A stretch of DNA of 64,000 nucleotides from Callorhinchus milii (lineage: Eukaryota), in assembly GCF_018977255.1 (NCBI RefSeq), contig NW_024704743.1, positions 21,020,001 through 21,084,000 of the forward strand. The letters are read 5' to 3'. Below, piece by piece: positions 1 through 13,260 of this stretch (the first letter of the stretch is position 1; each line of letters begins with the position of its first letter). The translations under genes and the position numbers were made by a program. The notes below the pieces were generated by a model, which worked only from the letters and a program-made list of their open reading frames with translations, had not been told where the DNA came from and searched no databases.

Positions 1-1599
1 AATGCAATCACTTTTATTGGTTTAAAAAAAGAAAGTGATTCAATTGTATACTATATGAGATTGAATGTATTTCTCCCCCAACAAAAGGACAGATATTTAT
101 GAAATGTCTATCAGCCTCGATATTGATTTTGGAAATGTTATGTTTATTGTAGGATTTTTTTATTTGCCTTGAAGTTGCTGACTGATTTATTGACTTCAAG
201 TAGGTTTCCCCTCCTACTCTCAGTTAATAAGTAGGAAATTCCGCTCCTCTGGAAATTTTTCCCATTGGAAATATTTAGATGGAAATTAACTAGTTTAGTT
301 GATATAGTATCCAAGGAAGGAAGGAAGGTCATGGTATTTGAAATGACTCATTATTTTGATTAAAAACAAATTACTTGGGCATCATTGTCACCTTTTCTAT
401 TGGCCTTGACTTTAAAATATACTTTTTATTTGGAAAGGAGGTTAATCCAAACTGCAGGGTCATCTAACGCCTGATTTGGTAAAAATTTTTTGGTTGACAA
501 AGAGCTGCTTGTTGTCAGAGGCAATGAGGTCAGGCAGCGCAGGAATAGAATTTACTGCTGATTTGCGTTAGGCTCAGCCCGTGCCATTTCTCTAACATGG
601 TGAATCTGGCAAAGAGTACAGAAATTGTAAGTGTCTGGATTCTCTCCCCCCAAAATGGTTAATAAACACAATTCTTCCTTTCCTTTTTAACATTTTCAAT
701 GAGCAGTTTGTTCCGACAATAACATACACTTTACCTTTTGAGAACCTTTTTCCTGTCTTAAAATCTGCCTTTGTGTGACAAGAAAAAGAGCATTCAATAA
801 TGGGTCATAATTTAGGCTGAATCCTCTTTTCAAAAAGTTAAGTGCTTACAACACATTTTTATAAGTTATAAGCCCTAAATTTAGGATGTTCAATAAACTA
901 CAAAATAAATGCTCTGTTTCAACTCCTCCACAATACAGTGGAAAACAAATGCACATTTGTTACTTTTTTTCCAACCTGTATCCTTTGTTTGTTTTTTTGG
1001 TTGATCCTGAAGCAATCCTGTTTTTAATCTTCCCTACTTGCGAGCTCAGTAAATGATTGCTTGGACCATTAAATTGTACACAAATGAATTTCCCCCCCCA
1101 CTGGTTTTGTTTGCTCACTGTAATCTTGGAACACTGATTTAGTTTGCAAGATGGAATTTTTAGGTACCTGAGTACAAAAACAGATTCCTCACAGAGATAG
1201 TAGCAATTCTAAAGGAAATTAGTAGTACGGAAACAAAAAATAACACTGGATATAACGCATAATGATTTCCATGACTCAAGTAAGGTATGACGCTTGTATA
1301 GACTGGTTTGGAATGGAATTCAAGCCATTGGGCTGAACGCAAAACGAAAGAGAGTTTTAAATTAAGAAAATTAAGAGAGAACTGGAATTGGATATAGCAG
1401 CAAAGGAAGTGTAACAAAATTGTAGTTCTTTGGAACATCCTTCTGACGTGAAAGGTGCTGTACAAATGCAATTTGTTGTTGTTGTCAAAATAAATCTTCT
1501 AGTGTTATAACTGAGGGTGACAAAATGCATGTCTTCCAGCAAATATTGTGAGAACTCTGGGCTTTGATATTAGCAGCAAAGTGAAGATTATAAGTTGTA

Positions 1600-2700
1600 T
1601 CAAGGGGCTGAAAGCCAATAAAACCACTGAAATAGATAGTCAGAGACAAGGGAGGAGATTTGTGAAGCACTGTCAGGCATTTTGAGAAAGTCAATCAAAA
1701 GTGAGTACGGTTTGACATTCTAGAAACCAGCAACTGTGGTCCCCACATCCAAAAAAGGTGGCAGATATTGCAGGATATATTAGCATTTCTCAATAACAGT
1801 AATGAAACAAATTTAATTGTGAAAAGCAAAATGGCAGATTGGCTTTAAGAAAAACACCTAATTATATACAGTCGACATGGAACAGGTAGATAGATTTTTT
1901 TTAACAATGTCAAGACTTTTTGGAGGCAATAGCATCCCTATTTCACAGTGGATATCTGGTTGCTGTAGCACACTTAACAGTTAACAAAACACCACAAGAC
2001 TCCTTTACACATCTGCATCACTGAGTATGAACGCAAGACTGGCTGAAGAGAAATGAGCAGAATTTGATTGTTATAGAAGTTGCGTTAAAATAGGCAGAGA
2101 TATGAGAGGGTCTGCAACACAACTCCTTTTGGTCTATCCAGACTTAATACCAAGTTACGTTTACAGAGGACACCAAATTTAGGGGGAAGCAGATCCTATG
2201 TGGCCGCCAAAAGGCTTTTGACAAAGTATCAGACTCTTATGCAAACATATATATGATTATCAAGGGCAAAACATAAATGTGGAAAGAGTGCTCATTCTAT
2301 TCTAGACCCTGGGAAATGTCCATTTGTAGGTGGCAAATAGGAGGATATGGGGAACTCTGGTTTGAAAAATCTTAAGCATGGTGATAGGTGACATGTGAAA
2401 CACCTGGTTGACCAAAAAAAGCTAAATGGGATATAGAAAGGAAAATAAACCTAAAACAATACTTTCTGATATATCAAGCAGCAGGACAAGGGAACAGAGA
2501 TTTAGGGCAAGTTTAGGACAGTCATAAGAAGGTTTGTTTTATAGACAAAAGATAATTGCTAGCTGTATTAGGATACCAGAGGATGGTTCAGGCCAGGACA
2601 CTGGACTCATTTTGCAAACAGCTTGAAACTGCAATGGGAAAGTATTATTGAATGATGAGATTAAATTGAGTGAAGAGTCTTTTTCATCCATACCTCTCTC
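1600..2700 (+). mobile_element. Highly decayed CR1 LINE ORF2 (RT) relic
   Basis: Residual motifs ATVVPTSKKG (~1729-1758) and an (A)DDTKLGG-like stretch (gaggacaccaaatttagggg, ~2166-2185) in CR1 RT order. Confidence 0.5.
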
Positions 2701-4269
2701 ATGATCCAAAAGAAATGTTATTTGTATCTCAGTGAAAATCAGCAGCAATTATTTCTCCTTTGTTAATCATAAGTGAAAATATGTATTTGGAAAGGTAAGT
2801 GCAAACAAGTTGTAGCAGAACTGTTTTCAGCAGTAAATAATGCAAATAGCTTCTGAAAATAAAAACAAAGCCAGAATGGTGTCAAAGACGGATTAGTTTC
2901 ACTGCATCAGCTTCGCACAGTGAGCAGAAATGCAAAGTAAATTATAATGCCTATTGACCTTCTCTCTGGTACATAGGATGGAGCTGCTTGCTAAGTTTCG
3001 ATAAATTCCAACTCGGACACCAGAATGTCAGTGAAGTGATTTAGACAATCAGTCAGCAAGTGGGATAATGATTTTAATGTGAATTTTATCACCCATTTCA
3101 TAATTACAATGTTCAAACCCTTTTACACTTTGTTTTAAACAAAAATGTTTTTCCCGTGCTCCACTAGTAGGTATCAAAGATAAAATATCCTTTCCCCCCC
3201 CCCTCCTTTTCCATTCCCTGGTATGAGCTAGAAGGAACAAAATGTTGGTTCTCTCACTTGCATTGTCCCTATTGTAAAGTACTGTAGGTACAAAATGATG
3301 ATGGTCTGCTTTTGTTTTAAGTACTTCGAATTGTAGAATTAAGGATAAACAAGGAGTGACTTTTGTTTTGCTTCATGGAGCAGAGAATTATTCTGGCTTG
3401 GCTGGTATAATGATCTATTCCATTCCTAACAGCCGTTGAATATTCTGTTAAAGATCTCATGAAACTCTTTGAAAAGAGAAGTGTGCTTCTTTTGGTATTC
3501 TCCAAACAAGGCAAAAACGCATGATTCTCTTTGAAAATAAACCAGAGACTAAACTTTGTCATGCTCTCAGCTTTAGGACTTAAATTTTTTTGAGATTTTC
3601 CCCAGTTGTTTTTGAGAATTGTCAAGCTTTGAATGTTTGTGAGTATTGTAACTTTTGGTAACTTATTGTTACTTTTGCTACTATTTATTTATTAACATTG
3701 GAAACAGTCATTTGTTTTTGTGTCAAGTTTAGAAGTTTGAACAGCAGGAAATGCAATGCTAAGATATTGCTGTTCCAAAGCTTTCATTAGGGCCACAAGC
3801 GCTGTTTTTATGATGATATTGCAGTTTTGTGGGGTGCTGTGGGACTGTATTGTGACTTATTAGTTTTTGTGGTGCAATATCCTGTACATCCTTAAAGTGA
3901 TGATTAACAAATCAAAAGCCAAATGAATAATTTAATGACAGCTCATGTGGCATTGTATAAAATATATTACAATATGGTAATATTTTGACAGGTTTTTCCA
4001 CCATGTCTCTTATTTTCCAAATATTTCTTCATCCACACCCTTAACAAAAGTGATTAGTGATTACGGAACGGTGGTGAAAGATTTTTTTCCACTGGTAATG
4101 GCAAATAGCTTTGAAAGAGTTTGCTTTAATTCCCTCCTTGAAATGAGTATACCATAGGCAGTTTTCCATCAATCTAATAAGATATAGGTCACCTTGTTAC
4201 TTTAGAAGACCATTTATGTCTTAACTTATCTGTCCGAACTGGACTGTTGATTGCTGTTTGACTTGTTAT

Positions 4270-4430
4270 TGGTTGGAAGTGGGACGGTAGGGTGAGAGAT
4301 TAGTGGGATTGAGGGTGGGTATTTTGAGGAAGGGTGGATAACAGCGGTTTTCAGGGGCAGTGGAACTGAGTCTAAGGAGGGAGACTGGTTGACCATGTCG
4401 GCCAGCAGCGGGGAGAGGAGTGGGAGAGCA
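4270..4430 (-). mobile_element. L2 LINE RT fragment
   Basis: Reverse strand reads LLADMVNQSL..SVP..LKTAVIHPFLK..LNP...YRP, typical of the L2 RT N-terminal region. Confidence 0.65.
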
Positions 4431-4737
4431 GGGCGAACCTGAAGAAAAACTACAGTGGGCTATGTTTCTGCGGTTTTGCGGTACATTGTGTAAACTTCAC
4501 TGAGTGTAATGAGATACCATATTTGATTAGAATTAATTTGTACAGTGGTTTGGGCTAGATATGCTTGCATTTGAAGCATTAAAGCATATCTAAACCGCCA
4601 AACCTCTAGAATGATTTATTTTTAGGTTGGTGCTATTTTATCCAGTCTATCAATAGGTGGGGGGAGCTGAGGAAGGTGTATATTTGAGGGAAAACCAAAG
4701 GCACAGGTGAAAAGAAAGTGCATAAGGTGGGCTTTTA

Positions 4738-5013
4738 TTATAATAATATTCCTTGCATTTGATATAGCACTTCCGAGACATCTCAAAGTGCTTCACAGAA
4801 TATACTGTAAAGTGAATTGATTGTATATTTTGTGGGTGAAACGCAGCAGCCAATTGCACACAGCAGTGTCCCACGAACAGTTGTGGATTGAGTGACCAAT
4901 TTATTATTTTTTTTGAAGGAATTATTACACCAGAAAAGTAATGTGCCAATTGACTAACAACTGGGAATCGCTTGCGAGATGAGTGCTCTAACCACTGAGC
5001 TGCAGGACTCCAC
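4738..5013 (-). mobile_element. tRNA-derived SINE with L2-type tail (internally deleted)
   Basis: Reverse complement of the head gtggagtcctgcagctcagtggttagagca and of the tail atcaaatgcaagga(at)tattatta shared with 34250-34571. Confidence 0.85.
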
Positions 5014-5014
5014 T

Positions 5015-5190
5015 TTTAAGGTGTGGAGAGAGAGGACGAGTAATGGTACAGTAAGTTGAGTAGGGGACATGAAGCAGGCTGATGATCCCTGAGTAGAGGG
5101 AGCAGCTCAGGTGGCAGTATTATTGGAGATTGCAGAGATAGGGTGGGGCAAAACCATGGAGAGATTTGAATGTGAGGATGAAAGGATTTC
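5015..5190 (-). mobile_element. L2 3' fragment
   Basis: Reverse complement of the FKSLHG.APPYL region seen in other L2 copies. Confidence 0.55.
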
Positions 5191-5539
5191 AGCATTTATG
5201 ACTACTGGAACATCCTCCCAAAGTCCCTTTCGCTTCTTCCTCCTTGTTTCCACACTGCTTAGATTTCCACATTATCCCCTTAAAGCCTTTTGGGGCATTT
5301 TCCTATTTGAAAAGTGCAATTAGTTGTTGTGACCACTGTAATTTAAGCATTCAAGCATATTGGAGCAACTAAAATGTCTCGATTTCATTCTTTCTCATCT
5401 TCTAATCTTCTACACTTTTTGGGGGGAGTATGTTGACTCGAACTGGGATATGATGCCATGAACCCCCTATTGAATGTCATTCATTTTTCAATTTTAGGGA
5501 GCTAATTTCATAGGATGCATTTTATAGTGCTGGAGATAA

Positions 5540-5705
5540 AATTGGTCATTCACTTCATTTGTGGGGCATTACAGTGTAAATTGGCTGCTTCGTTCACCTA
5601 TAAATATACAGTCGCTACACTTTACAGTAATTCCCGTAAAGCACTTTGAGATGTTATGGTGATGTGATAAGGTCTCTATAATCAAATATACGGATTATAT
5701 TATTT
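5540..5705 (+). mobile_element. Deu-type SINE 3' half
   Basis: aattggctgcttcgttcacctataaatatacagtc...gcactttgagatg...ggattat. Confidence 0.7.
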
Positions 5706-7469
5706 TGAAGTATTCAGTGGAAGCATTGCAGACTATTCATATGAGAACAATTGACATTTGTGCCAATATACATTTTAAGTCACACTTTAAGCTCTCTTAT
5801 GAGTCTAATTAAAAGATTTGTATTGAAATCAGATTTACTGCACATTATAAACAGGTGGGTTGGACCATTGGATACATGCCTAGTGCTACAGTAAAATACT
5901 GAACTTACATTTATGTAGAACCTTTCATGTAAAAGAAGATTCTCAAAACACGTCACAAAATGAAAGTAATTAGAATTGCAATGAATGTTACGTAGTCAAG
6001 TGAAGCAAATAAAATTTGCCATTCACTTCATGGCGATTTTGGGACACTCCTGCTTGCAAATGGCCTATTGCATGCAAATACGGTCAGTATGCTTTACAGT
6101 AAATACTGTGAAGCACTTTGAGATATCCACCCGACATGAAAAGTGCTGTGCAAGCATCATTATTTTAACTGATTTTGAGTAGCAAAGTCCTGCAAACAAG
6201 GAGTTGAGTCGCAAATTCATTTGAATTCAAGGTAAATTTAGATGAGAAGGAAATATAATAAGGGATGACTAATTGGTAGAAAAATGCATTGCGTATGTGG
6301 GGTAGAGGGCTCCTTTTACCCCCATCTGAATTGCAAGACAGAAGTACCTAAATTAATAACTCGTTCAATTATGATTCAGTCGATCAAATGATGATGATAT
6401 TGTTACGAATGATAAATTTCTATTTGATATAGAATCCCAACTATTTTCTCATTTGTAGTCTAAAATCACCAACCTCGCAACACACAACTCTTGAGTTCAT
6501 GTTTCTCTCAGATTCTGAAACTATTCCATGTTCCATCTCCACTTTTGTTGATGGAAATATGCACATTCTTCTATTTTTTTGATGGGCTCATCTACTCCTA
6601 TTTCAAATCGCAGCTCTGAAGAAGAAACAAATGTGCAGTGGGCATGGCGGAAAAAAATGGTCATAAAAAGGCTTTTTAAAATGGTGCTCTGGGACGCTAC
6701 CCTGTGTGAGGATCCCTATATAAATGCAAGTTGTTGTTTGTGGTTCTATATTTTAAAAGTTCCGTAGCAACAGAAATATAATGGCGTATCAGTTGCTGTT
6801 TCAGTCCTGTTGATGGAAAATACATATGCAGTTGCTCAGCTGCCCATTTTTCTTTTTCTTAAACCATTCATCACCTTGCATTTTAGTGGCTATAATGTTT
6901 TACAGGGATTATTGCCCCAGGTTTTTCCCTCTTGGGTCACAATACACTTATCGACAATGCTTTAGTGTGTACCTTACCTCAAATGTAAGGACCCACATGC
7001 AGCACTAATGCAACATACTAAATCCTTACACTAGCCATTGCTATAGCCTCTCTGAAAGAGGTTTCCATTTAACACTGAATTATAGGCAGCTTCAGTTCCA
7101 TCTTGCTAGAAAATGATTTGGAAATCCATTCAAATTCTTGTTGCCTGTAATTTATAAGCTATAACTAACTAAATATTGATAGAAACTGCATACAAACCAC
7201 ACAGTTTTATTTTTTGTATAAATCATTCATCACCTTGTATTTTTATTCTTTAGTAGATGTAGTGTTATGCAACTATTTTTTAATTGCTCTCCAGAGAGAC
7301 TGGAACAGCAGCCAATACAGAATGTAATGGCCGTGAATAATTTTTGTTTAATGTCTGACATTTTTCAAGCAAGCACATAAATTTTCCTTTTTATTCGACA
7401 AAAGTTAATTCTTGTACTTTCAAGGAATATAATTCTTCCATTGAGATAGAATCATTTCATGTTGAAATA

Positions 7470-7690
7470 CTCTACCAGGCTCTGCACCCCTGGCACTTCA
7501 TTTCTCAGCCAGGCTCCACTGGAATGGATTGATTTCAAGATCCTCACTCTCATTTTCAAATCTCTTCATGGCCTGGCACCCCCCTACCTCTCTGATCTGC
7601 TCACACCGCACACCACTACCCACCACCTTCATTCAGCTGGCTCCATAATGCTACCTATATGAAGGGTGCTATATAAATGCAAGTTGTTGA
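7470..7690 (+). mobile_element. L2 LINE 3' end
   Basis: ORF text IDFKILTLIFKSLHGLAPPYLSDLL plus tail gtgctatataaatgcaagttgttg. Confidence 0.85.
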
Positions 7691-7694
7691 AATG

Positions 7695-8275
7695 TATCAA
7701 GGTGCTTTCTAAAGCGCAGTAAATGTGTATTTGTAGGCAAATGCACAGTCATTTCGCACACAGCATTGTCCTGCAAAGAGTCATGAAATGAATGACCAAT
7801 TTACATCTGTTTTTTGGTCAGTCTGTTTTGGGGGGCTGACATGGAGAAATCTACCATCTTAAGAGAATCCAAATCCGTCTCAGTGTTCCATGTATGTATT
7901 CCACAACACGTGGAAATTTCCCTAGAATGGAATACACTCTCTCTCCTGGAGGGACACACCCAGTTTATCTAATATCAGAGAGTAGTAGGTGCAGAGAGGG
8001 GATTGTGAGCCAGGAATCTGGGAGATAGTTGGTTACGGACACCCATGAGATTCTCCCTTGAAACTCTTTTCAAATAGTGCTATGGAATTTTTAATGTCTA
8101 CCAGGCAGGTAGGACCTCATTTTAACATCTCATTCAAAGAATGGCACCTCCCGACAATGCAATGCTCCCTCCCCAACATTGCATTGGATTATCAGTTGAC
8201 ACCGTGAGACTCCAAGGCCTGACCTGACAACTCACAACCTTCGGTCTCGGAGTGCTATGATTTGAGTTAGGCTGT
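7695..8275 (-). mobile_element. SacSINE1/DeuSINE-like SINE interrupted by an unknown repeat at ~7830-8040
   Basis: Reverse complement of Deu-domain segments (aaatagtgctatggaatttttaatgtc; gatggcacctcccgacaatgca-like) and a tRNA-like head near 8230-8275. Confidence 0.7.
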
Positions 8276-9399
8276 TCTCTGGAAGTACATTTGCCGTAAT
8301 TGGTTCGGTATTTTATGTTGCAGCCCCAAACCTCAACCAATATTTTATTAATAATCATAATAATAATAATCTTTGGTTTGATATAGCGCCTTGTCACTTC
8401 AGAAAGAGCTTCACGGGATATATTATAAAGCAGATTGACTATTTTGTGGGTGAATACACACCCACAATTTCTACATTGTATACACAGAATGAAACTTACT
8501 CTCTTTGTGATTACTTTGGTTTGTATTATTGTAACACACTTTTACAAAACTTTTGCTCAGGAGTTATCTTGGGTTCACTTCTCCCATGCACCATCGCAGA
8601 TGAAGTTCTACTTCTTGTTTCCTATACCCAATGCACTTCTCTAAGCATCAGCTGCCAGTTCTTCAGTGATTGTAGTGCCGATGTGAATCACACTGAGAAA
8701 TGGGCTTCAAGGAGCTTCTGACACTTCCACTCAATAAAATGCTTCACAAAGCAGAAAATTTGAGAAACAACTCGTGACATTGACCAGCACTTGAACTTCC
8801 TAATTACTATAGTAGGAGATGAGCACTTTTTTTCAAACTTAAATGGAAGCTCTGAAACGTGTGCGCATGTAGTCCATGCATGCATAATCTGGCCATTCTT
8901 ATTGAGGCAAATTTTGTTTTTGAGTTTATCAAGGGCTGACAGATAAATTAACAATAATAATCTGTGGCTGTGTCTGGAGAATTCCTAAAAATAATACCTC
9001 AGTAAAGGACTGCAATATGTTTTTCTAATGAGCCCCCAGAGAGATTTCATTTAGAATTATATGTGCAGTTATTATGAATCATTTCTACATAATGGCTGAA
9101 AATTCTATTAGTAAGCAAGTAGTCCTTTGAAGGTTATTTATTGATGCTGTTATGAAACCAAAAACTAATAATTATGTAAATGAGTATTTCAATGCAAAGT
9201 AAGGTTGCTGGAATCCCAGTTTCCTGAAATCAGAGAAACACCCACAAAACAGTCCGTGTACTTTACAGTATGTCCTGTGAGCACTTTAGGACACCCTCCC
9301 GATGTGAAAGGTGCTGTACCAAATGCAAAGATTAAACAGCATTTATAATTTATTTCTTATTCTTCATGCTAGTAATGATGTACTGTGTGTTTCAAGACA

Positions 9400-9595
9400 A
9401 TTTCCACCTGAACAAGTAGATGGGGCTTTGCTTTAACATTTTGTGAGAAGGATAGTACCTCTAGCAATGCAGTGCATCCCCAGCATTGCATTGGAAGGTC
9501 AGCTTGGAATATGACGGGGCATGAGACATGGAGCCTGAACCCACACCGTTCTGAATCAGATGCAAGAGTGCAAGCAACTGAGCTAGGCTGACACC
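9400..9595 (-). mobile_element. DeuSINE 5' half
   Basis: Reverse complement of the head gtcagcctagctcagttgcttgcactcttgcatctgattcagaacggtgtgggttcagg. Confidence 0.7.
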
Positions 9596-10510
9596 TGATG
9601 TATTTTGTTAAAAGTACAAGATTTACAGCAACTAATCATGATGTTATTTCAGTTGGAACAGTATCCAAAGATTGACTTTTTTTATATAATAAGTAGCTCT
9701 ATCTAAGCTGTTTCTATGAACAAGCAGCGTCAATTTAAATGGATGAGGGGTATAATTCATGCGGAAGATCATGCTTAACTCGAAGGAATGTGCTGATTAA
9801 TTGGCATATAGTTCAACTACAAAGGCTGTGGGTGTTGGTTGCTTTCAAAAAGTATTCATAGATGCCAATAAAATAGTTTCGCACCTCATTTGTACAACAG
9901 CTATAAGTTGAGATTGTCCCAGGTTTACAGCTTTCAATAAATCATGTTTGGTGCAAACCAAATGAGTCCAGTGTTAAATCAGTGTAAAAGCTTCTAGCTG
10001 CTTGATGCTTTTTAAAGAAATGACTACAAAGCGGATGGATTCAAACCACGCTGCTGTAAACTGATTTAAAATTGCCATCCATCATTTCTTGTGCTTGACA
10101 TTATTGTGTATATTTCAGTTGAGGTGTTTAGTAAGTTAGGCACACGTACAGGCTTATAAGTTACAAAGGGTTTGAATTGTGCATTGGATTAGTAGACTGT
10201 GAACACATTGGCATTCTGGTTGTAATTCATTTAGTGATTCATTTAGGAGTAAGAAGTCATCTGTAATTATTTAGCAGAATCTCTGGTTTTATACAACATT
10301 TTAGTAGATTGATTTTTGCGATTATTTTTGAAAGTCAGGTTTATATTTTGCCCACAAAACAGTCACTGCACTTTACAGTATATCCGGTGAATGGCTTTTG
10401 GGACATCCTCCCGATGTGAAAGGCGCTATACCAAATATAAGGATTATTATTGCTGTTACAATTATTACTATTATTTGTCTAGAATTACATTTTTTTAAAT
10501 TATTTTAAAA

Positions 10511-10582
10511 AATTTAGGAGCAGGAGTAGGCCATTTGGCCCTTCGAGCCTGCCCCGCCATTCAATCATGGCTGATCTTCTAA
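10511..10582 (-). mobile_element. CR1 (HER1/HE1-type) 3' terminus
   Basis: ggagcaggagtaggccatttggcccttcgagcctgccccgccattcaatcatggctgatct matches the reverse complement of the common shark CR1 tail as I recall it. Confidence 0.7.
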
Positions 10583-10959
10583 TCTAACTCCAGCTAATTC
10601 TGATAGATTCATTGTTCAGACATTATAGGATTTTTCCAGGCTTTGTATTTTTGAAATAGTGTTGCAGATGTAAAAAGTAGAATATTATTGCAGCAACTTT
10701 AGGTCACTTCAGTGGAATTGAATAGAATAGAAATTGCTTATAGCACAAGAAATGTGCAACTATTTAAATTGGCAACATAAATACATTCTGCGTTAATAAA
10801 ATAATGGATGGAATGAGTAAAGCCATTTGCCCCTTTCAAAATGCACCTTATCGTGGAATTCATTCCAACCGTTTTAACTCTTAGGGGACAGGTTTGCAAA
10901 AACAAATACTCTCTAAATCTTTAAAACAAGAACATACCAGATGACTTACATAAACCTTG

Positions 10960-11570
10960 AAACAAAAACAGTGAGAGGTGGAAAAACTCAGCAGCTCAGG
11001 CAGCGCAAATATAAATATAAAGTCAATTCACTTTACAGCATATTCTGTGAAGCGCTTTGAGACGTCTAGAAGACGTGAAGTGCTACATCAAATGCAAGGA
11101 TTATTATTATTATTACCTATGGAGAAAGGAAAGTGATTCAAAGTTTTGGGTCCATGACCCTTCATCAGAACAAGGTCAAACCTTGACCCTGGCCTCTTCT
11201 CTCTTTCTCCCCCCTTCCCCACTTTTAATTGCCAGAAGAAACTGGCAATTAAAAAGGATCAGAGTGATAGGGGAGATTATGTATGCAGATAGAACTTGAA
11301 TATTTCAGGAAACAGTCTACCAATTTGTACTTAGTCTGCCATTATAGAGGTGACAGCATCACATGCAGCAAAGAACAAGGGTATGTGCAAGACTGCTATG
11401 CACTTCTACATTGTCTGGTAGAGAAAGGGGTTTAGAACTGTGGATAGTAATGTGAGAATACTCCATATCAAACTTAAGTCCATAATGTTGCATGTACTCT
11501 ATTCTTTGCCTGTGATGCAGTCACCTCCACATTGGTTGTGCAAACACAAATTAGTAGACTGTTTATAGTA
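10960..11570 (-). mobile_element. Penelope-like element relic (pLTR/GIY-YIG end), interrupted by a SINE tail at ~11010-11116
   Basis: Minus strand has ctgatgaagggtcatggaccc (hammerhead core), gctgcctgagctgctgagtttttcca, and decayed C..C.LY.G+TK..L..CF GIY-YIG text at ~11300-11380. An inverted second GIY-YIG piece lies at ~11490-11565. Confidence 0.6.
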
Positions 11571-12489
11571 AAATCCCTCTTGCCCAATAATGAGCAATAT
11601 ATAATAATCCTTGCATTTGATAAAGTGTCTTATCACGTCATGGAGACATCTCAAAGCGCTTCACAGAATATACTGTAAAATGACTTGATATATGTTTGTG
11701 ACTTGATATATGCCTAAAGAAGTTCTATGAAAATCTTTCTTCTCCATAGGTGAAAAATGTATGGCTTATGATGAGTTTATTTTCTTTTCCTCTTCGAGCC
11801 CCACCCCTCATTTGAATTTAAATGGGGAGGAGCAGAGAGAATTCTGGTCAGTCTTTCTTCTTTTCAATTGTGTATAATTTTCAATTCTGGCCATTAACTT
11901 GTCACTATTTGTGCAGTTACAGCCAATCTTGTGCATTGAATGTTAGTAACTATCCCCAACATTACATAGGTCCAAGACTATAGCTTTATTCTGAAAGACT
12001 TTTAATATTCAACGAACTGAGAAGTTGTATTCCAGCAAGTGTGGATTACCAATACCTGATTTCTAAGGCAGTTAGTGCTATACACTTGACAAAGCATGTT
12101 ATTTTGCATCCTATATACAATAGTTGACATAACTGGCTTTTATGATCAGTTCTTGCCAGATGGGTGACCATTGAAAAAGAGGATTTTATGGACTTGTTTT
12201 TTAATGAAAAACTATCGATTGAGTAAATGTTTCTTTTAAAGAAGATGCATCTATCAATTCATCCACATTTTAAGCATAATTTATTTTCTTATCCTGCATG
12301 CTTGAATGGAATATTTTACAATCTAACCTTTAGATTCCACTATGAAATAATAATTTGACATTTTCGAGTCCTGGTAATTGTTTTTTTAATGTGCATCACC
12401 CTATCTGTTCTACTACTGTAATTTTGTTGTGTATAATTCAATGATCACTCATGTAACAAAAATCTTGCACTGAACATTGTATATAGCTG

Positions 12490-13260
12490 TGTCCTGTTAC
12501 TAAAAGCTGAATTTGGACAAGACAGAAGCCATCCTCCTTGGCTCCTGTCAGCGTCTTCTCATCTACTGCTCTAACTTCCTTAATCTCCTTGGCCTATCCC
12601 TCAGACATTCCAAATCTATGTGCAACCTAGGCGTCAGGTCCTGCCTCACATCTCGTCCCTGACCAGGACTGCATTCCTCCAACTCTGCCACATCGTCTGC
12701 CTCCAACCATACCTCACATCTAACGCTGCTGATTCATCATCCCCGCTTTCGTCACCACCCGTCTCGATTCCTTCAACTCCGTCCTCTTTGGTCTCCCCAG
12801 CTCCGTCATTCACAAAGTCCAACTAATTCAAAACTATGCTGCCTGTATCTTCACCTGCACCAAAATCCGTACCCCCATGACCTTAGGCCTTGCAGACAGG
12901 CTCCTCGGGCTCCCTGTCACAGAACAGATGGAGTTTAAGATCCTCATACTCGCATACAAATCAGTTTGTGCTCTGGTACCACTCTATCCCTCCAACCTAC
13001 TCACAGCCCACTCTTCTACCCCACTCATCTCCCGTTCCCCTGGCTGGCTTGGGCTTCCTACACATCCCTCAACTCCTCTGCTCCACCATGCGCCCATGCT
13101 TTTATCCACCATGCCTCAATCCTCTGGAACTCCCTGCCTCAATCGCTCTGCTTTGCCTCCTCTTTATCTTCACACCTGAAAACTTTCCTCATTGATAGTG
13201 CCTATGGTCACCTACCCATTGTACCTGGCTTGGAGTCAAACTGTGCTATTGGTTAAGCAC
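12490..13260 (+). mobile_element. L2 LINE 3' portion
   Basis: LNLDKTEAILLGS (~12508-12546), EFKILILAYKS, LWNSLPQSL..LKTFL.D.AYG across frames. Confidence 0.85.

Noticed and set aside
2733..2800. Perfect donor AAG|GTAAGT at 2794/5
   Set aside because: The upstream segment has stops in all frames and borders a CR1 relic; there is no other support.
6861..7245. ~25-bp direct repeat cattcatcaccttg at ~6861 and ~7219
   Set aside because: Too short and degenerate to define an element; possibly an old local duplication.
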